In this document: one piece after another, positions 11,590 through 20,940 of the stretch
Numbering within the stretch: position 1 is the stretch's first letter
Layout of the letters: each line of letters opens with the position of its first letter
From: Akkermansia sp.
GTDB lineage: Bacteria; Verrucomicrobiota; Verrucomicrobiia; Verrucomicrobiales; Akkermansiaceae
Assembly (NCBI GenBank): GCA_045634945.1
Contig: JAZRBG010000038.1
Location: 178,521 to 242,520, forward strand
Length of the DNA stretch: 64,000 nucleotides
Reading direction: 5' to 3'
Program-made: the position numbers and the translations under genes
Notes under the pieces: model-generated
The model's database searches: none
Seen by the model: the letters and a program-made list of their open reading frames with translations, nothing else
What the model was told of the DNA's origin: nothing

Positions 11590-12534
11590 ATGAATATTCT
11601 CGTAACAGGTGGCACAGGCTTTGTGGGCGCCAATCTATGCCACAGACTGATTGCAGACGGCCACCGAGTCATCTGTCTCGATAATAATTACACGGGTTCC
11701 CTTGAAAATGTGGCAGATTTGATTGAGAACCCGAACTTCTCTTTTGTAGAGCATGATGTGATAGAACCTTGGGATTGCGATACCCCCCTTGACCGCATCT
11801 ACAATCTTGCCTGCCCGGCATCCCCGCCGTTCTACCAAGGCAACCGCTCCATTTTTACCACGAAAACCTGCGTACTTGGTATTCTCAACATGCTTGAGCT
11901 GGCCAAGAAGCACAATGCCCGCATTTTGCAGACCTCTACCTCAGAGGTGTATGGCGAGCCGCAAGTGCATCCCCAACCCGAGCACTACCGCGGCAATGTC
12001 AACCCCATCGGCATACGCGCCTGTTACGATGAGGGTAAACGCTGCGCAGAGAGTCTCATGTTTGACTACCACCGCCATGAGGGGGTGGATATTCGCGTGA
12101 TTCGCATTTTCAATACCTACGGGCCGCTCATGAACCCTGAAGACGGTCGCGTGGTTTCCAATTTCATTTGCCAAGCCCTGCGCGGTGAGAATATCACCAT
12201 TTACGGTGAGGGGCACCAAACTCGCTCATTCCAATACATTGATGACCTCATTGAGGGCATGGTGCGCATGATGGAGAATGACATCAATTTTACAGGCCCC
12301 GTCAACATCGGCAACCCGGGTGAGTTTACTATTCGACAACTGGCAGAATTAGTGTTGCAGAAGATTCCCACACAAAGCCAATTGGTGCAACGCCCCTTGC
12401 CGTCCGATGACCCCACACAGCGTCGCCCCGACATCACACTTGCCGGTGAAAAACTCGGTTGGGCACCCACCATCCCCCTCAGTGAGGGTCTGGATAAAAC
12501 AATCACCTACTTCCGCCACAAACTCGGTCTTTAA
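11590..12534 (+). CDS. UDP-glucuronate decarboxylase (UDP-xylose synthase), SDR family
   Basis: GGTGFVG Rossmann motif, catalytic YDEGKR, and the UXS-typical [34 protein letters not shown]. Confidence 0.85.
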   Translation: MNILVTGGTGFVGANLCHRLIADGHRVICLDNNYTGSLENVADLIENPNFSFVEHDVIEPWDCDTPLDRIYNLACPASPPFYQGNRSIFTTKTCVLGILNMLELAKKHNARILQTSTSEVYGEPQVHPQPEHYRGNVNPIGIRACYDEGKRCAESLMFDYHRHEGVDIRVIRIFNTYGPLMNPEDGRVVSNFICQALRGENITIYGEGHQTRSFQYIDDLIEGMVRMMENDINFTGPVNIGNPGEFTIRQLAELVLQKIPTQSQLVQRPLPSDDPTQRRPDITLAGEKLGWAPTIPLSEGLDKTITYFRHKLGL

Positions 12535-12558
12535 TTTTCAAACAACACACACATTACC

Positions 12559-13338
12559 ATGAAATTTACGGAAAAACTTCAGGCTCGTATCAATGCCACC
12601 CGCTCCGCCCTCTGCGTAGGATTGGATCCCCGCCCTCAATCAGAGAATCTTGCAGAGCTTGAGGCATGGCTGCGTCAGGTGATTGAGGAAACAGCTCCCT
12701 ACACGGCTGCCTACAAGCCCAATATCGCCTACTTTGAGGCCATGGGCCTGCCCGGTTTGCAGATGCTTGAAAACCTGCTCAAAGATATGCCCAAAGACAT
12801 CCCCGTGATTCTGGATGCCAAGCGCGGCGACATCGGCGAAACGCAAAAATATTATGCCCAAGCATACTTTGAGCGCATGAATGTGGATGCCGTGACACTC
12901 AATCCCTTCATGGGATATGACATTCTTGAGCCGTTCTTGGGGCATGAGGGCAAGGCTGTGTATCTGTTGGCCGTTACCTCCAATGCAGGTTCAGCGGACA
13001 TTGAGCGCCAAGTGTTGGCCAATGGCCGCAAGGTATACCAGCTGGTGGGAGACATGGTAGAGCGCGCCCGTGCTGAAGGTGCCGCTACCGAGGTGGGTAT
13101 GGTGATGGGGCTTACCAACGCCAGTGGTGAGCTGCTCAGCGAGCTGCCGGATGCCCCCCTGCTCATTCCCGGCTTGGGTGCACAAGGCGGCGATTTGAGT
13201 GCCCTGACCGGTGGTACCCGTGTTGCACCGCCCGTCATTAACGTATCCCGCGGTATTCTCTACCGTGATTTGGATCTCACCATTGCTCAGCGTGCCGAGA
13301 AATACGCCCTGCAAATTCGCGAGGCTCTTTCCCTGTAA
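12559..13338 (+). CDS. pyrF: Orotidine-5'-phosphate decarboxylase
   Basis: DAKRGDIGET motif and the length expected for a type-2 PyrF. Confidence 0.9.
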   Translation: MKFTEKLQARINATRSALCVGLDPRPQSENLAELEAWLRQVIEETAPYTAAYKPNIAYFEAMGLPGLQMLENLLKDMPKDIPVILDAKRGDIGETQKYYAQAYFERMNVDAVTLNPFMGYDILEPFLGHEGKAVYLLAVTSNAGSADIERQVLANGRKVYQLVGDMVERARAEGAATEVGMVMGLTNASGELLSELPDAPLLIPGLGAQGGDLSALTGGTRVAPPVINVSRGILYRDLDLTIAQRAEKYALQIREALSL

Positions 13339-13350
13339 TTTGTCTGCTAT

Positions 13351-14166
13351 ATGAAACAATACCTTGAGCTGCTGGATGATGTGCTGACTAACGGTGTGGG
13401 CAGAAGTGACCGCACCGGCACGGGCACTATCGGCGTATTCGGCAGACAAACCCGTTTTGACCTGCGCAAGGGCTTCCCCTGCCTTACCACCAAAAAACTG
13501 CACCTGCGCTCCATCATTCATGAGTTGCTCTGGTTTCTTAAAGGCAGCACCAATATCAAATACCTGCAAGACAACGGGGTCACCATTTGGGATGAATGGG
13601 CAGATGAAAACCGCGACCTCGGTCCCGTATACGGCAGCCAATGGCGTAAATGGCCGGATGGCAACGGCGGCAGCATAGACCAGATTGCCAAACTGATAGA
13701 CGGTCTCAAAAACAACCCTTGGAGCCGCCGCCACATCGTTTCTGCCTGGAATGTGGCAGAGGTAGACAACATGGCCTTGCCGCCCTGTCACTGTCTGTTC
13801 CAGTTCTGTGTGATTCCTGCGCAGAAAGAGGGAGAAAAGCACGGGTTGAGCCTGCAACTGTACCAACGCAGCTGCGATCTCTTCCTCGGCGTACCGTTCA
13901 ACATTGCCAGCTACGCCCTGCTGCTGATGATGACCGCACAAGTATGCGGATATGAGGCTCGTGAGTTCGTGCACACATTCGGTGATTTACACTTGTATAA
14001 CAATCACTTGGAGCAAGCTAAACTTCAGCTCGGCAGAGAGCCCCGCCCCCTGCCCGTCATGCGCCTTAATCCGGAGGTTACGGAGATTGACGGGTTCCGC
14101 TATGAGGACTTCACGCTGGAGGCATATGACCCGCACCCGCACATTAAAGCACCGATATCCGTATGA
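13351..14166 (+). CDS. thyA: Thymidylate synthase
   Basis: MKQYLELL...RTGTGT N-terminus and the catalytic Cys context [11 protein letters not shown]. Confidence 0.97.
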   Translation: MKQYLELLDDVLTNGVGRSDRTGTGTIGVFGRQTRFDLRKGFPCLTTKKLHLRSIIHELLWFLKGSTNIKYLQDNGVTIWDEWADENRDLGPVYGSQWRKWPDGNGGSIDQIAKLIDGLKNNPWSRRHIVSAWNVAEVDNMALPPCHCLFQFCVIPAQKEGEKHGLSLQLYQRSCDLFLGVPFNIASYALLLMMTAQVCGYEAREFVHTFGDLHLYNNHLEQAKLQLGREPRPLPVMRLNPEVTEIDGFRYEDFTLEAYDPHPHIKAPISV

Positions 14167-14633
14167 CCCCTACTTTTACCGGCGTTGTTGCCATGGCGGC
14201 AGACCGAGCCATCGGGCTCAACAATACGATGCCCTGGCGTTTGTCTGAGGATTTGAAACTTTTCAAACGCCTCACCATGGGGCACCCCATCCTTATGGGG
14301 CGAAAGACATGGGATTCTTTGGGACGCCCCCTGCCGGGCCGTCAGAACATTGTACTGACTCGCTCTGACGATTTTGTGGCTCCCGGAGCCATTGTCATTC
14401 ATGATATAGCCGAGCTGGACACACTGGAGTTACAAGACAGTGAGGTGATGGTAATAGGCGGGGCGCAGATATACAAGCTTATGCTGCCGCACATGCAAGG
14501 TATTTATGTATCTGAGGTAGCCGGAGAATGGGAGGCCGACACATGGTTCCCTGAGTTTAAAGAGCAATTCCCCATTCGCAAGGAGCTGGAGGAGTTTGCG
14601 GGGTTTGTTTCTACCCTCTACACGCGTAAGTAA
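14163..14633 (+). CDS. folA: Dihydrofolate reductase
   Basis: DHFR-like [32 protein letters not shown]. It has a 4-nt ATGA overlap with thyA. Confidence 0.9.
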   Translation: MTPTFTGVVAMAADRAIGLNNTMPWRLSEDLKLFKRLTMGHPILMGRKTWDSLGRPLPGRQNIVLTRSDDFVAPGAIVIHDIAELDTLELQDSEVMVIGGAQIYKLMLPHMQGIYVSEVAGEWEADTWFPEFKEQFPIRKELEEFAGFVSTLYTRK

Positions 14634-14654
14634 TTCAAATTTGAACAAAAAAAA

Positions 14655-14696
14655 CGCCGCTGCATGAGGTTTTTAATTACCACGCATGCAGCGGCG
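14655..14696. terminator. Bidirectional terminator hairpin
   Basis: 12-bp stem CGCCGCTGCATG / CATGCAGCGGCG between the convergent folA and the small secreted-protein gene. Confidence 0.65.
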
Positions 14697-14744
14697 GACT
14701 TGTTTCTGTGGGTGTTGGGGTAATCTCTGTGTCGTCCATACCGT

Positions 14745-15020
14745 TTATCGCTTGCCTTTAAGGAATCGCTTGTCTCGGTCATCAAAGCGGCGCATATCCA
14801 CCTTGTGCTTTGCCATGGCTTTGTGATGATCCATTTTCTTCTTATCATGCTTCTTGACTACTTTGTGCAGCTTCTTATCATGCTTGCAATCGTCATTCAC
14901 AACCACTTGTACACCATGTCCGGATACATTCACCGCTACGCTTGCCGCGCTGGCTTGAGCAGACATTAAACCAAGTGCCAATACCGCAACAGCGGCCATT
15001 CTCTTTACGTACTGTTTCAT
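14745..15020 (-). CDS. Small secreted His/Lys-rich protein (91 aa)
   Basis: Signal peptide MKQYVKRMAAVAVLALGLMSAQASA followed by HDKK/HHK-rich sequence. I chose the start at ATG 15020 within the listed ORF 14745..15158. Confidence 0.5.
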   Translation of the reverse strand: MKQYVKRMAAVAVLALGLMSAQASAASVAVNVSGHGVQVVVNDDCKHDKKLHKVVKKHDKKKMDHHKAMAKHKVDMRRFDDRDKRFLKGKR

Positions 15021-15053
15021 AACATTGTTTTCTATTTGTTTGTTGTTTTCAGG

Positions 15054-15070
15054 TAGGGCATCATGCCCTA
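15054..15070. repeat. Perfect 8+1+8 palindrome TAGGGCAT-C-ATGCCCTA
   Basis: Read directly from the sequence. It lies about 35 nt upstream of the small His/Lys-rich gene and could be an operator or a 5'-UTR hairpin. Confidence 0.6.
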
Positions 15071-15164
15071 TGCAGTTAGAGACACAGCATCTCTGCATTT
15101 TGTTCAAACTTTTTAACTTTTTCTTAAATAAAACTGATAATTGCGTAATAATAAGCAAAAAAGC

Positions 15165-15193
15165 TTGCAGTTTGGGGTACGTTAGGCTACTAT
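15165..15193 (+). promoter_or_regulatory. Putative promoter TTGCAG-17-TACTAT for tRNA-Ser
   Basis: The hexamers lie about 30 nt upstream of the mature tRNA 5' end and are preceded by an A-rich tract. Confidence 0.5.
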
Positions 15194-15222
15194 GACTGCA
15201 CGCACCGCAATGCTGCGTACAT

Positions 15223-15309
15223 GGATGGGTGGCAGAGCGGTTTAATGCAGCGGTCTTGAAAACCGCCGAAGGCTAATACCTTCCGTGAGTTCGAATCTCA
15301 CCCCATCCG
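15223..15309 (+). tRNA. tRNA-Ser (anticodon UGA)
   Basis: Hand-folded cloverleaf. Acceptor stem GGATGGG/CCCATCC, 3-bp D stem, anticodon stem GCGGT/ACCGC with loop CTTGAAA, long variable arm, and T arm GTGAG-TTCGAAT-CTCAC. Confidence 0.9.
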
Positions 15310-15316
15310 CTTGAAA

Positions 15317-15342
15317 AGCCCCACGAATGTGGGGCTTTTTTA
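15317..15342 (+). terminator. Rho-independent terminator after tRNA-Ser
   Basis: Stem AGCCCCA / TGGGGCT followed by a T-run. Confidence 0.7.
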
Positions 15343-15373
15343 TTGGCTACATCTCATAGCGGATGAGCGCGCA

Positions 15374-15408
15374 CAAAAAAAGCGGCGAGCCGAATGTACG
15401 GCTCGCCG
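15374..15408 (-). terminator. Rho-independent terminator of the ilvD-transporter-DUF805/ANK operon
   Basis: Stem CGGCGAGCCG / CGGCTCGCCG, with a T-run on the minus strand. Confidence 0.7.
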
Positions 15409-15434
15409 TGAAATTAAAAGGATAACGCGTAAAA

Positions 15435-16736
15435 TTAAGCAGCAGGTTGCGCTTCGGCAGGAGCCACGGCAGGCTGCTCGGGTTGGGCAGGAGCCACGCC
15501 ATTGCGCATGATTTCAACCGTCTTGCGATAAGCTTTCAGGCGTGCGGGAGCATACACGAGATCGTATATCCAAGAGTTACGCTTGCTGTAAGCATCCTCA
15601 CCGGCCACGGCCAAATCTAAGGCTGTCTTGCCGTCGATATTTTTAAGCTGAGTATCAGCACCGCTTGTCAGCAATGTTGCAACGGTAGCGTCATTACCGC
15701 GCATGGCTGCAAGCATCAGCGGGGTATAGCCGTTATTATCCTGCATATTGAGAAGCTGAGGGGCTTTCTTCAAGAGCAATTCCACGGATTTGGGCATACC
15801 GCTCCATGCAGCCCAGTGAATGGCGGTGAAGCCGTCTTCATCCGTAGCAAGAACATCAATATTCTCGCGACTCAACAAGAGCTCAACATAGCTGAGACGG
15901 TTGGTATCGTCCTTCAAAGCCTTTCCGGGATCGTTATAATTGCAGTAAACAGTCCACATAAGCAAAGAACGCCCGTTATCATCTTTCGTGTTCACGAAAT
16001 CTGCACCTTGGCGGTTCAGCTCATCAACGTAGTTTTTCATGGACTCTTCTGCAGCAGCTTTGTCATCCGCAGATGCGCTGGCTCCTTTTTTCATCAAAGT
16101 AACAAGCGTATCGGTGTCGCTGAGTTTGGCAAAGGGTTTCTTAACCAAGTCACAAGCGTAGCCCAGAATACCCATCACAAGAATAAGCTTGAGCATATCC
16201 TCAACAATACCACCCCAAGAGGTACCCTTAAAGATTTCACCGGGATGGGTCGGGGTAGTACCGAACTCGTTATCACCGGCCTGCGTGGGCAAGCAAGTGA
16301 ATACCACGATGGCAACATGAAGCACGGCTACAAAGGCATACAAGCCCCAGTCAGACAATGCTGTAATATACCAATCAGACGGATAAGAGGCAGATACGAA
16401 ACACCACTCAACGGCTACTACAAGCTTCAACACGGCAACCAAGGCCATAATGTAGAAGAGCAAGCCGTAAAAGAAGGCAGATACACCGGCGTCATGCATG
16501 CGCTTGACGCAAATGTTGTTCAGCATGGCAAACCATACCGTGCAGACAATGAGGCCAACGGCACCGGCAACAGCCAGATACGGAGACTCGGGTACAACTA
16601 CACCGGATACGGAAGCAATGTTGAGACCGAATGTTACAAGGAAAGTCACCAGATACGGGGTAAATGCAGGCCAGAACGCAGCACGGGGCTCACGACCTTC
16701 CGGAGTCATCCAACGAAATATGGGAGAATCAGACAT
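15435..16736 (-). CDS. Membrane protein combining a DUF805-like polytopic N-terminus with C-terminal ankyrin repeats
   Basis: DUF805 signature VKRMHDAGVS within TM helices. The C-terminal part carries ANK repeats (DGFTAIHWAAWSGMPKSVELLLK, NGYTPLMLAAMRGNDATVATLLTSGAD, DGKTALDLAV). Confidence 0.75.
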   Translation of the reverse strand: MSDSPIFRWMTPEGREPRAAFWPAFTPYLVTFLVTFGLNIASVSGVVVPESPYLAVAGAVGLIVCTVWFAMLNNICVKRMHDAGVSAFFYGLLFYIMALVAVLKLVVAVEWCFVSASYPSDWYITALSDWGLYAFVAVLHVAIVVFTCLPTQAGDNEFGTTPTHPGEIFKGTSWGGIVEDMLKLILVMGILGYACDLVKKPFAKLSDTDTLVTLMKKGASASADDKAAAEESMKNYVDELNRQGADFVNTKDDNGRSLLMWTVYCNYNDPGKALKDDTNRLSYVELLLSRENIDVLATDEDGFTAIHWAAWSGMPKSVELLLKKAPQLLNMQDNNGYTPLMLAAMRGNDATVATLLTSGADTQLKNIDGKTALDLAVAGEDAYSKRNSWIYDLVYAPARLKAYRKTVEIMRNGVAPAQPEQPAVAPAEAQPAA

Positions 16737-16757
16737 GGTATTTTAATCAGTTCGGGG

Positions 16758-18233
16758 TTATGCATTCTGGGGTGCGGCTTCTTCCTCGTCCTCGGAGGCT
16801 ACATCGCTCTTATCGGCATCTTCCTCAGGCTTGTCGGAAACAAAGCTGTCCTTGGTAAGGATGATGGCAATGGGAGACACGAAAGCGAAGATCATGTAAA
16901 TGGTCCACATGAACTCGGGAGATTCCCAGAAGCTGATGTGACCGGAATCCATCTTAGCGGTGATACCGTCGTAGCAGAAGTAAGAAACAAGCAGACCACC
17001 GATTACACCGTTAATGGGCTTGGCGATGAACATGGGAAGTGCGGACAGAGACATGTAGGATGCCACTTTATCCTTGGGAGCCACACGTGCCACGTACTCG
17101 GAGAAACGGGGGCTGAACAGCAACTCACCTGCGGCAAATACTACAATTTGCAGGAAAATGGCCAAGAAGTAAGCCTGGCCGATGGTCTCTACGCCCGGCA
17201 AAATGTAATAGCACTGCGGGGGAATGGCCAACAAAATCATGGAGCAGGCAGAAATCGTCATACCCGAAATCATGAGCTTCACCGTGGAGAAGCGGTTAAG
17301 AATCGGGATAATGAGAATCAAACCGGTCACAATAATGAAGGGGTTAATGGCGTTCATGAAGCCCAGCTGGAAGTCATCGCCCACGGTACGCAGATAGTAC
17401 TGAGGCATGATGAGGATTTGCAGGGTAAACACCAAACGAACACCCAGAGTAAGTATCAAGAATACGATAAGCTTCTGGAAGGCCTTTTCACGGGCAACCT
17501 CACCGATAAGCTGAAGCGGGCGACGCTGAGAAGCAGCCTTCTTGGCAATGCGCTCTTCAGGAACGGCGTAGTAGTTCTCATTAATGAAGCGGGAGAAAAT
17601 GAATGCAATGACATTGCAAGCCGTACCCACATTCACAATCCACCACAAGCTTTCAACGGGGCCGAAAGCAGCACGCAGCGGGTCAACGATAACCACATAG
17701 GCAAGCAAGGCACCGATGTTCATAAACAGGTAATAGAAGTTGAACCCGGTGGGACGCACGCGCAGGGTGGTGAAACGGCGAATGGACGTAGAGATACAGG
17801 GGCTCATGAATGCGGTACCGAAAGAAAGGATACCGATACCGGCAATCACGAAGTAACTGGAGTCCTGAAGAGAAAGATTCAAGATATCGGTACCGAAGTC
17901 GGAACCGAGGCCCATGACCAAACGCCCACCGATGAGCAACATGAAGCCTATTAAGTAGGTCTTTCTCAAACCGATGATATCGCAAATCGTGCCCACGGCA
18001 AATACGAACATGGACAAGAACAACGTATACATACCCACCCAGTAGGGGGCATCTGCATCGCTGAATCCGCAATAGTCCTTGAGGAACAGGGTGAATACAG
18101 CAATGAGGGAGAAGTACGACAGACCATCAAAGAACTGAATGAAGTTGGTAAACCAGAAGTCTTTACCGCACTCACGCAGAACTTTGAATTCCGAGAAGTA
18201 CTTGGCTATGGGGTTTTGTTTTTCAGCGCTCAT
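16758..18233 (-). CDS. MFS-type transporter, POT/peptide-transporter-like
   Basis: A roughly 12-14 TM profile with a POT-like layout, but the ExxER signature is not obviously conserved. I set the start at ATG 18233 to avoid overlapping ilvD. Confidence 0.65.
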   Translation of the reverse strand: MSAEKQNPIAKYFSEFKVLRECGKDFWFTNFIQFFDGLSYFSLIAVFTLFLKDYCGFSDADAPYWVGMYTLFLSMFVFAVGTICDIIGLRKTYLIGFMLLIGGRLVMGLGSDFGTDILNLSLQDSSYFVIAGIGILSFGTAFMSPCISTSIRRFTTLRVRPTGFNFYYLFMNIGALLAYVVIVDPLRAAFGPVESLWWIVNVGTACNVIAFIFSRFINENYYAVPEERIAKKAASQRRPLQLIGEVAREKAFQKLIVFLILTLGVRLVFTLQILIMPQYYLRTVGDDFQLGFMNAINPFIIVTGLILIIPILNRFSTVKLMISGMTISACSMILLAIPPQCYYILPGVETIGQAYFLAIFLQIVVFAAGELLFSPRFSEYVARVAPKDKVASYMSLSALPMFIAKPINGVIGGLLVSYFCYDGITAKMDSGHISFWESPEFMWTIYMIFAFVSPIAIILTKDSFVSDKPEEDADKSDVASEDEEEAAPQNA

Positions 18234-18271
18234 TAGTTTATTCTGAGTGTGTTTTATTGGATTTAGTGATA

Positions 18272-19939
18272 TCAGGAGAGCACGGCTCCCTTGCTGGCAT
18301 TGGTAGCTAACTTGCGATAACGCTTGAGCCACTTACCTGCAACCTCCTGCATGGTAGGCTGCCACACAGCACGGCGGGCTGCGATTTCCTCATCGCTGAG
18401 CTCAGCGGAGATGGAACGATTGGGGATGTCGATGGAGATAATATCGCCATCCTTGAGGAGGCCGATGAGGCCACCCTCTGCCGCCTCCGGGGAGACGTGG
18501 CCGATGCAGGCGCCGTGGGTGGCACCGGAGAAGCGGCCATCCGTAATCAGGGCAACACAGTTACCCAAGCCCTTGCCCATAATGTAGCTGGTGGGGGCAA
18601 GCATCTCCTGCATGCCGGGGCCACCTTTGGGGCCTTCGTTACGGATAACGACCACATCGCCGGGCTTCACCTTATCCGCCAGAATACCTGCACAGGCATC
18701 CTCTTGGCTTTCAAAGATGACGGCGGGGCCACGGTGCACCATCATTTCAGGCAGCACACCGGCTTTTTTGACAATGGAGCCCTGCTCTGCGAGATTACCG
18801 AAGAGCACGGCCAATCCACCATCGGGGGAGTAAGCATTTTCTATGGTACGAATCACAACGGGGTCTTGAGTGGAGAGCCCCTCCATCTGCTCACCGAGGG
18901 TCTTACCGCTCACGGTGGGCAAATCGGTGTGCAAGGCACCGGGAATCTTATTGATTTCAGCAAGAATGGTCATGATACCGCCGGCACGCAGCACATCATG
19001 CATGTGGAAGCGGGAGCTGGGAGCCACCTTGCAGATGTTGGGAGTACGGCGGGAGATTTCATCGATACGGCGCAAATCGTAATCCAAACCGGCCTCTGCG
19101 GCAAAGGCAAGGGTGTGCAACACCGTGTTAGAGGACCCGCCCATGGCCATGTCACAGGTAAATACGTTGTCAATGGACTTCTCCGTGATAAGGTCACGGG
19201 GGAGCGGCCCGCCCTGCAATGCCATTTCCACGGCGCGGCGGGCAGCAGCACGCCAAAGCTCTTTGCGCTCCTCTGAGAGAGCCAACAGCGTACCGTTGCC
19301 GGGCAGAGCCAAGCCCAGCACCTCACACAAACAGTTCATGGAGTTAGCGGTAAACATGCCGGAGCAAGAGCCTGCACCGGGGCATGCGTTGCACTCCACA
19401 TAATGCAACTCTTCTTCCGTCATCTTACCGGCAGTGCAAGCGGCAACGGCCTCAAAGACGCTGTTGAGGTCCAAATCCTCACCATTGCGGCCTTTACCCA
19501 CGGCCATGGGACCACCGGAGCAGAAAACGGTGGGGATATTGCAGCGCAACGCACCCATCACCATGCCGGGAACAATCTTATCACAGTTGGGGATACAGAT
19601 ACAGGCATCAAAAGCATGAGCACTCAGCATGGTCTCCACGCTGTCGGCAATCAACTCTCGACTGGCCAGAGAAAATTTCATACCATGGTGAGCCATGGCA
19701 ATACCGTCACATACGCCGATAAGGTTGAACTCAATGGGAGTACCCCCCGCCTTACGAACCTCGTCTTTGATAAGCTCTGCCACCTTGTTCAGGTGAACAT
19801 GGCCGGGAATCACCTCATTAAACGAGTTACAGATGGCGATGAAAGGCTTACGGATATCCTCATCGCTCATTCCCGTGGCTCGCATCAAACTGCGATGCGG
19901 CGCACGCTCTATACCGAGTTTTGTACGGTCTGATAACAT
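18272..19939 (-). CDS. ilvD: Dihydroxy-acid dehydratase
   Basis: Full-length IlvD pattern (PFIAICNSFNE, NCDKIVPGM, TDGRFSG). Confidence 0.97.
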   Translation of the reverse strand: MLSDRTKLGIERAPHRSLMRATGMSDEDIRKPFIAICNSFNEVIPGHVHLNKVAELIKDEVRKAGGTPIEFNLIGVCDGIAMAHHGMKFSLASRELIADSVETMLSAHAFDACICIPNCDKIVPGMVMGALRCNIPTVFCSGGPMAVGKGRNGEDLDLNSVFEAVAACTAGKMTEEELHYVECNACPGAGSCSGMFTANSMNCLCEVLGLALPGNGTLLALSEERKELWRAAARRAVEMALQGGPLPRDLITEKSIDNVFTCDMAMGGSSNTVLHTLAFAAEAGLDYDLRRIDEISRRTPNICKVAPSSRFHMHDVLRAGGIMTILAEINKIPGALHTDLPTVSGKTLGEQMEGLSTQDPVVIRTIENAYSPDGGLAVLFGNLAEQGSIVKKAGVLPEMMVHRGPAVIFESQEDACAGILADKVKPGDVVVIRNEGPKGGPGMQEMLAPTSYIMGKGLGNCVALITDGRFSGATHGACIGHVSPEAAEGGLIGLLKDGDIISIDIPNRSISAELSDEEIAARRAVWQPTMQEVAGKWLKRYRKLATNASKGAVLS

Positions 19940-19948
19940 AGCGCGCGG

Positions 19949-19978
19949 ATTATATCATATTTCAAAACCATTTTCCAG
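19949..19978 (-). promoter_or_regulatory. Putative promoter CTGGAA-18-(TG)TATAAT of ilvD
   Basis: The -10 ends 9 nt (CCGCGCGCT) before the ilvD ATG, implying a near-leaderless transcript. Confidence 0.5.
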
Positions 19979-20009
19979 CTAAAAAATTCAGACTGACTTC
20001 TTTTCCACC

Positions 20010-20038
20010 TTGACGCATCTGATAACAGCGTGTAAAAT
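20010..20038 (+). promoter_or_regulatory. Putative promoter TTGACG-17-TAAAAT
   Basis: The -10 ends 7 nt (AGCGCGC) before ATG 20046, implying a leaderless transcript. Confidence 0.55.
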
Positions 20039-20045
20039 AGCGCGC

Positions 20046-20453
20046 ATGGTAAAATGCAACATGACATATCAGGGCGGGCTGCACTGTCAGCTTCAGCACG
20101 GGCCCAGCGGCGCAACCATCTACACGGATGCCCCCGTTGATAACCACGGCAAAGGCGAATCTTTCTCACCCACGGACCTGATGTGCTCTGCCATGGCAGC
20201 ATGCATGGCCACCATCATGGGCATTTATGCCGATAAGGAAGGACTTGACCTCACCGGTTGCACTATTGAGGTAGGTAAAGAGATGAGTGCCGACCCGCGC
20301 CGCATTGCACGCATCGAAACCATCATCAATGTTCCGCTGCCTGCCGATAATACTCACAAAGAAGCACTGGAACAGTGTGTGTTGGGCAGCCCTGCCATGC
20401 TCAGTCTGCACCCTGACATTGAGGTACCCATCACATGGAACTGGGTGGGCTAA
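20046..20453 (+). CDS. OsmC/Ohr-family peroxiredoxin-like protein
   Basis: OsmC-like pattern (SPTDLMCSAMAACMATIMG ...). I chose the start at ATG 20046 because the listed TTG 20010 is the -35 hexamer. ATG 20061 is also possible. Confidence 0.75.
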   Translation: MVKCNMTYQGGLHCQLQHGPSGATIYTDAPVDNHGKGESFSPTDLMCSAMAACMATIMGIYADKEGLDLTGCTIEVGKEMSADPRRIARIETIINVPLPADNTHKEALEQCVLGSPAMLSLHPDIEVPITWNWVG

Positions 20454-20465
20454 TCCTATCCTCTC

Positions 20466-20921
20466 ATGAACAGGCTGAAATACCTCTATTGGCTCACGCC
20501 GTTAATGATTCTGCTCAGTTGCGGCAGAATGCTCACGGGCGTACTCGGCACCGGCTGGCAGATGGCGGTTGTTGTAGCCCCGCTCATTCTGCTGACATGG
20601 GGCATTGTATGGTTGCGCCTTTACAGCACCGGCACCCTGCGCCCTGAGTTTGCCATTCTGTCCATATTGCCGCAAAGTATCTATTTTGCAGCCAAAGGAA
20701 CGGGAACAGAGCTACTGTACCAACCCGTATGGCAGAATCTTTATGTCATCAGCTGGGTAGCCTTTGCTTTTGTCATTATCATCAGCCTGAAACCCAAACA
20801 CAAACAAGATAAGAAACTTCCTCTCTCCAAAGACCTCATTTTCGGCATGATGAGCATCCTCACCGTGGTATACGCATTCACCACCATGGGAGCTTACGCT
20901 GCTGAAATCTGTTATCCCTGA
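20466..20921 (+). CDS. Hypothetical integral membrane protein
   Basis: Four or five hydrophobic helices. It lies 12 nt downstream of the OsmC-like gene. Confidence 0.55.
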   Translation: MNRLKYLYWLTPLMILLSCGRMLTGVLGTGWQMAVVVAPLILLTWGIVWLRLYSTGTLRPEFAILSILPQSIYFAAKGTGTELLYQPVWQNLYVISWVAFAFVIIISLKPKHKQDKKLPLSKDLIFGMMSILTVVYAFTTMGAYAAEICYP

Positions 20922-20940
20922 ACCACACAACTCTACACGT

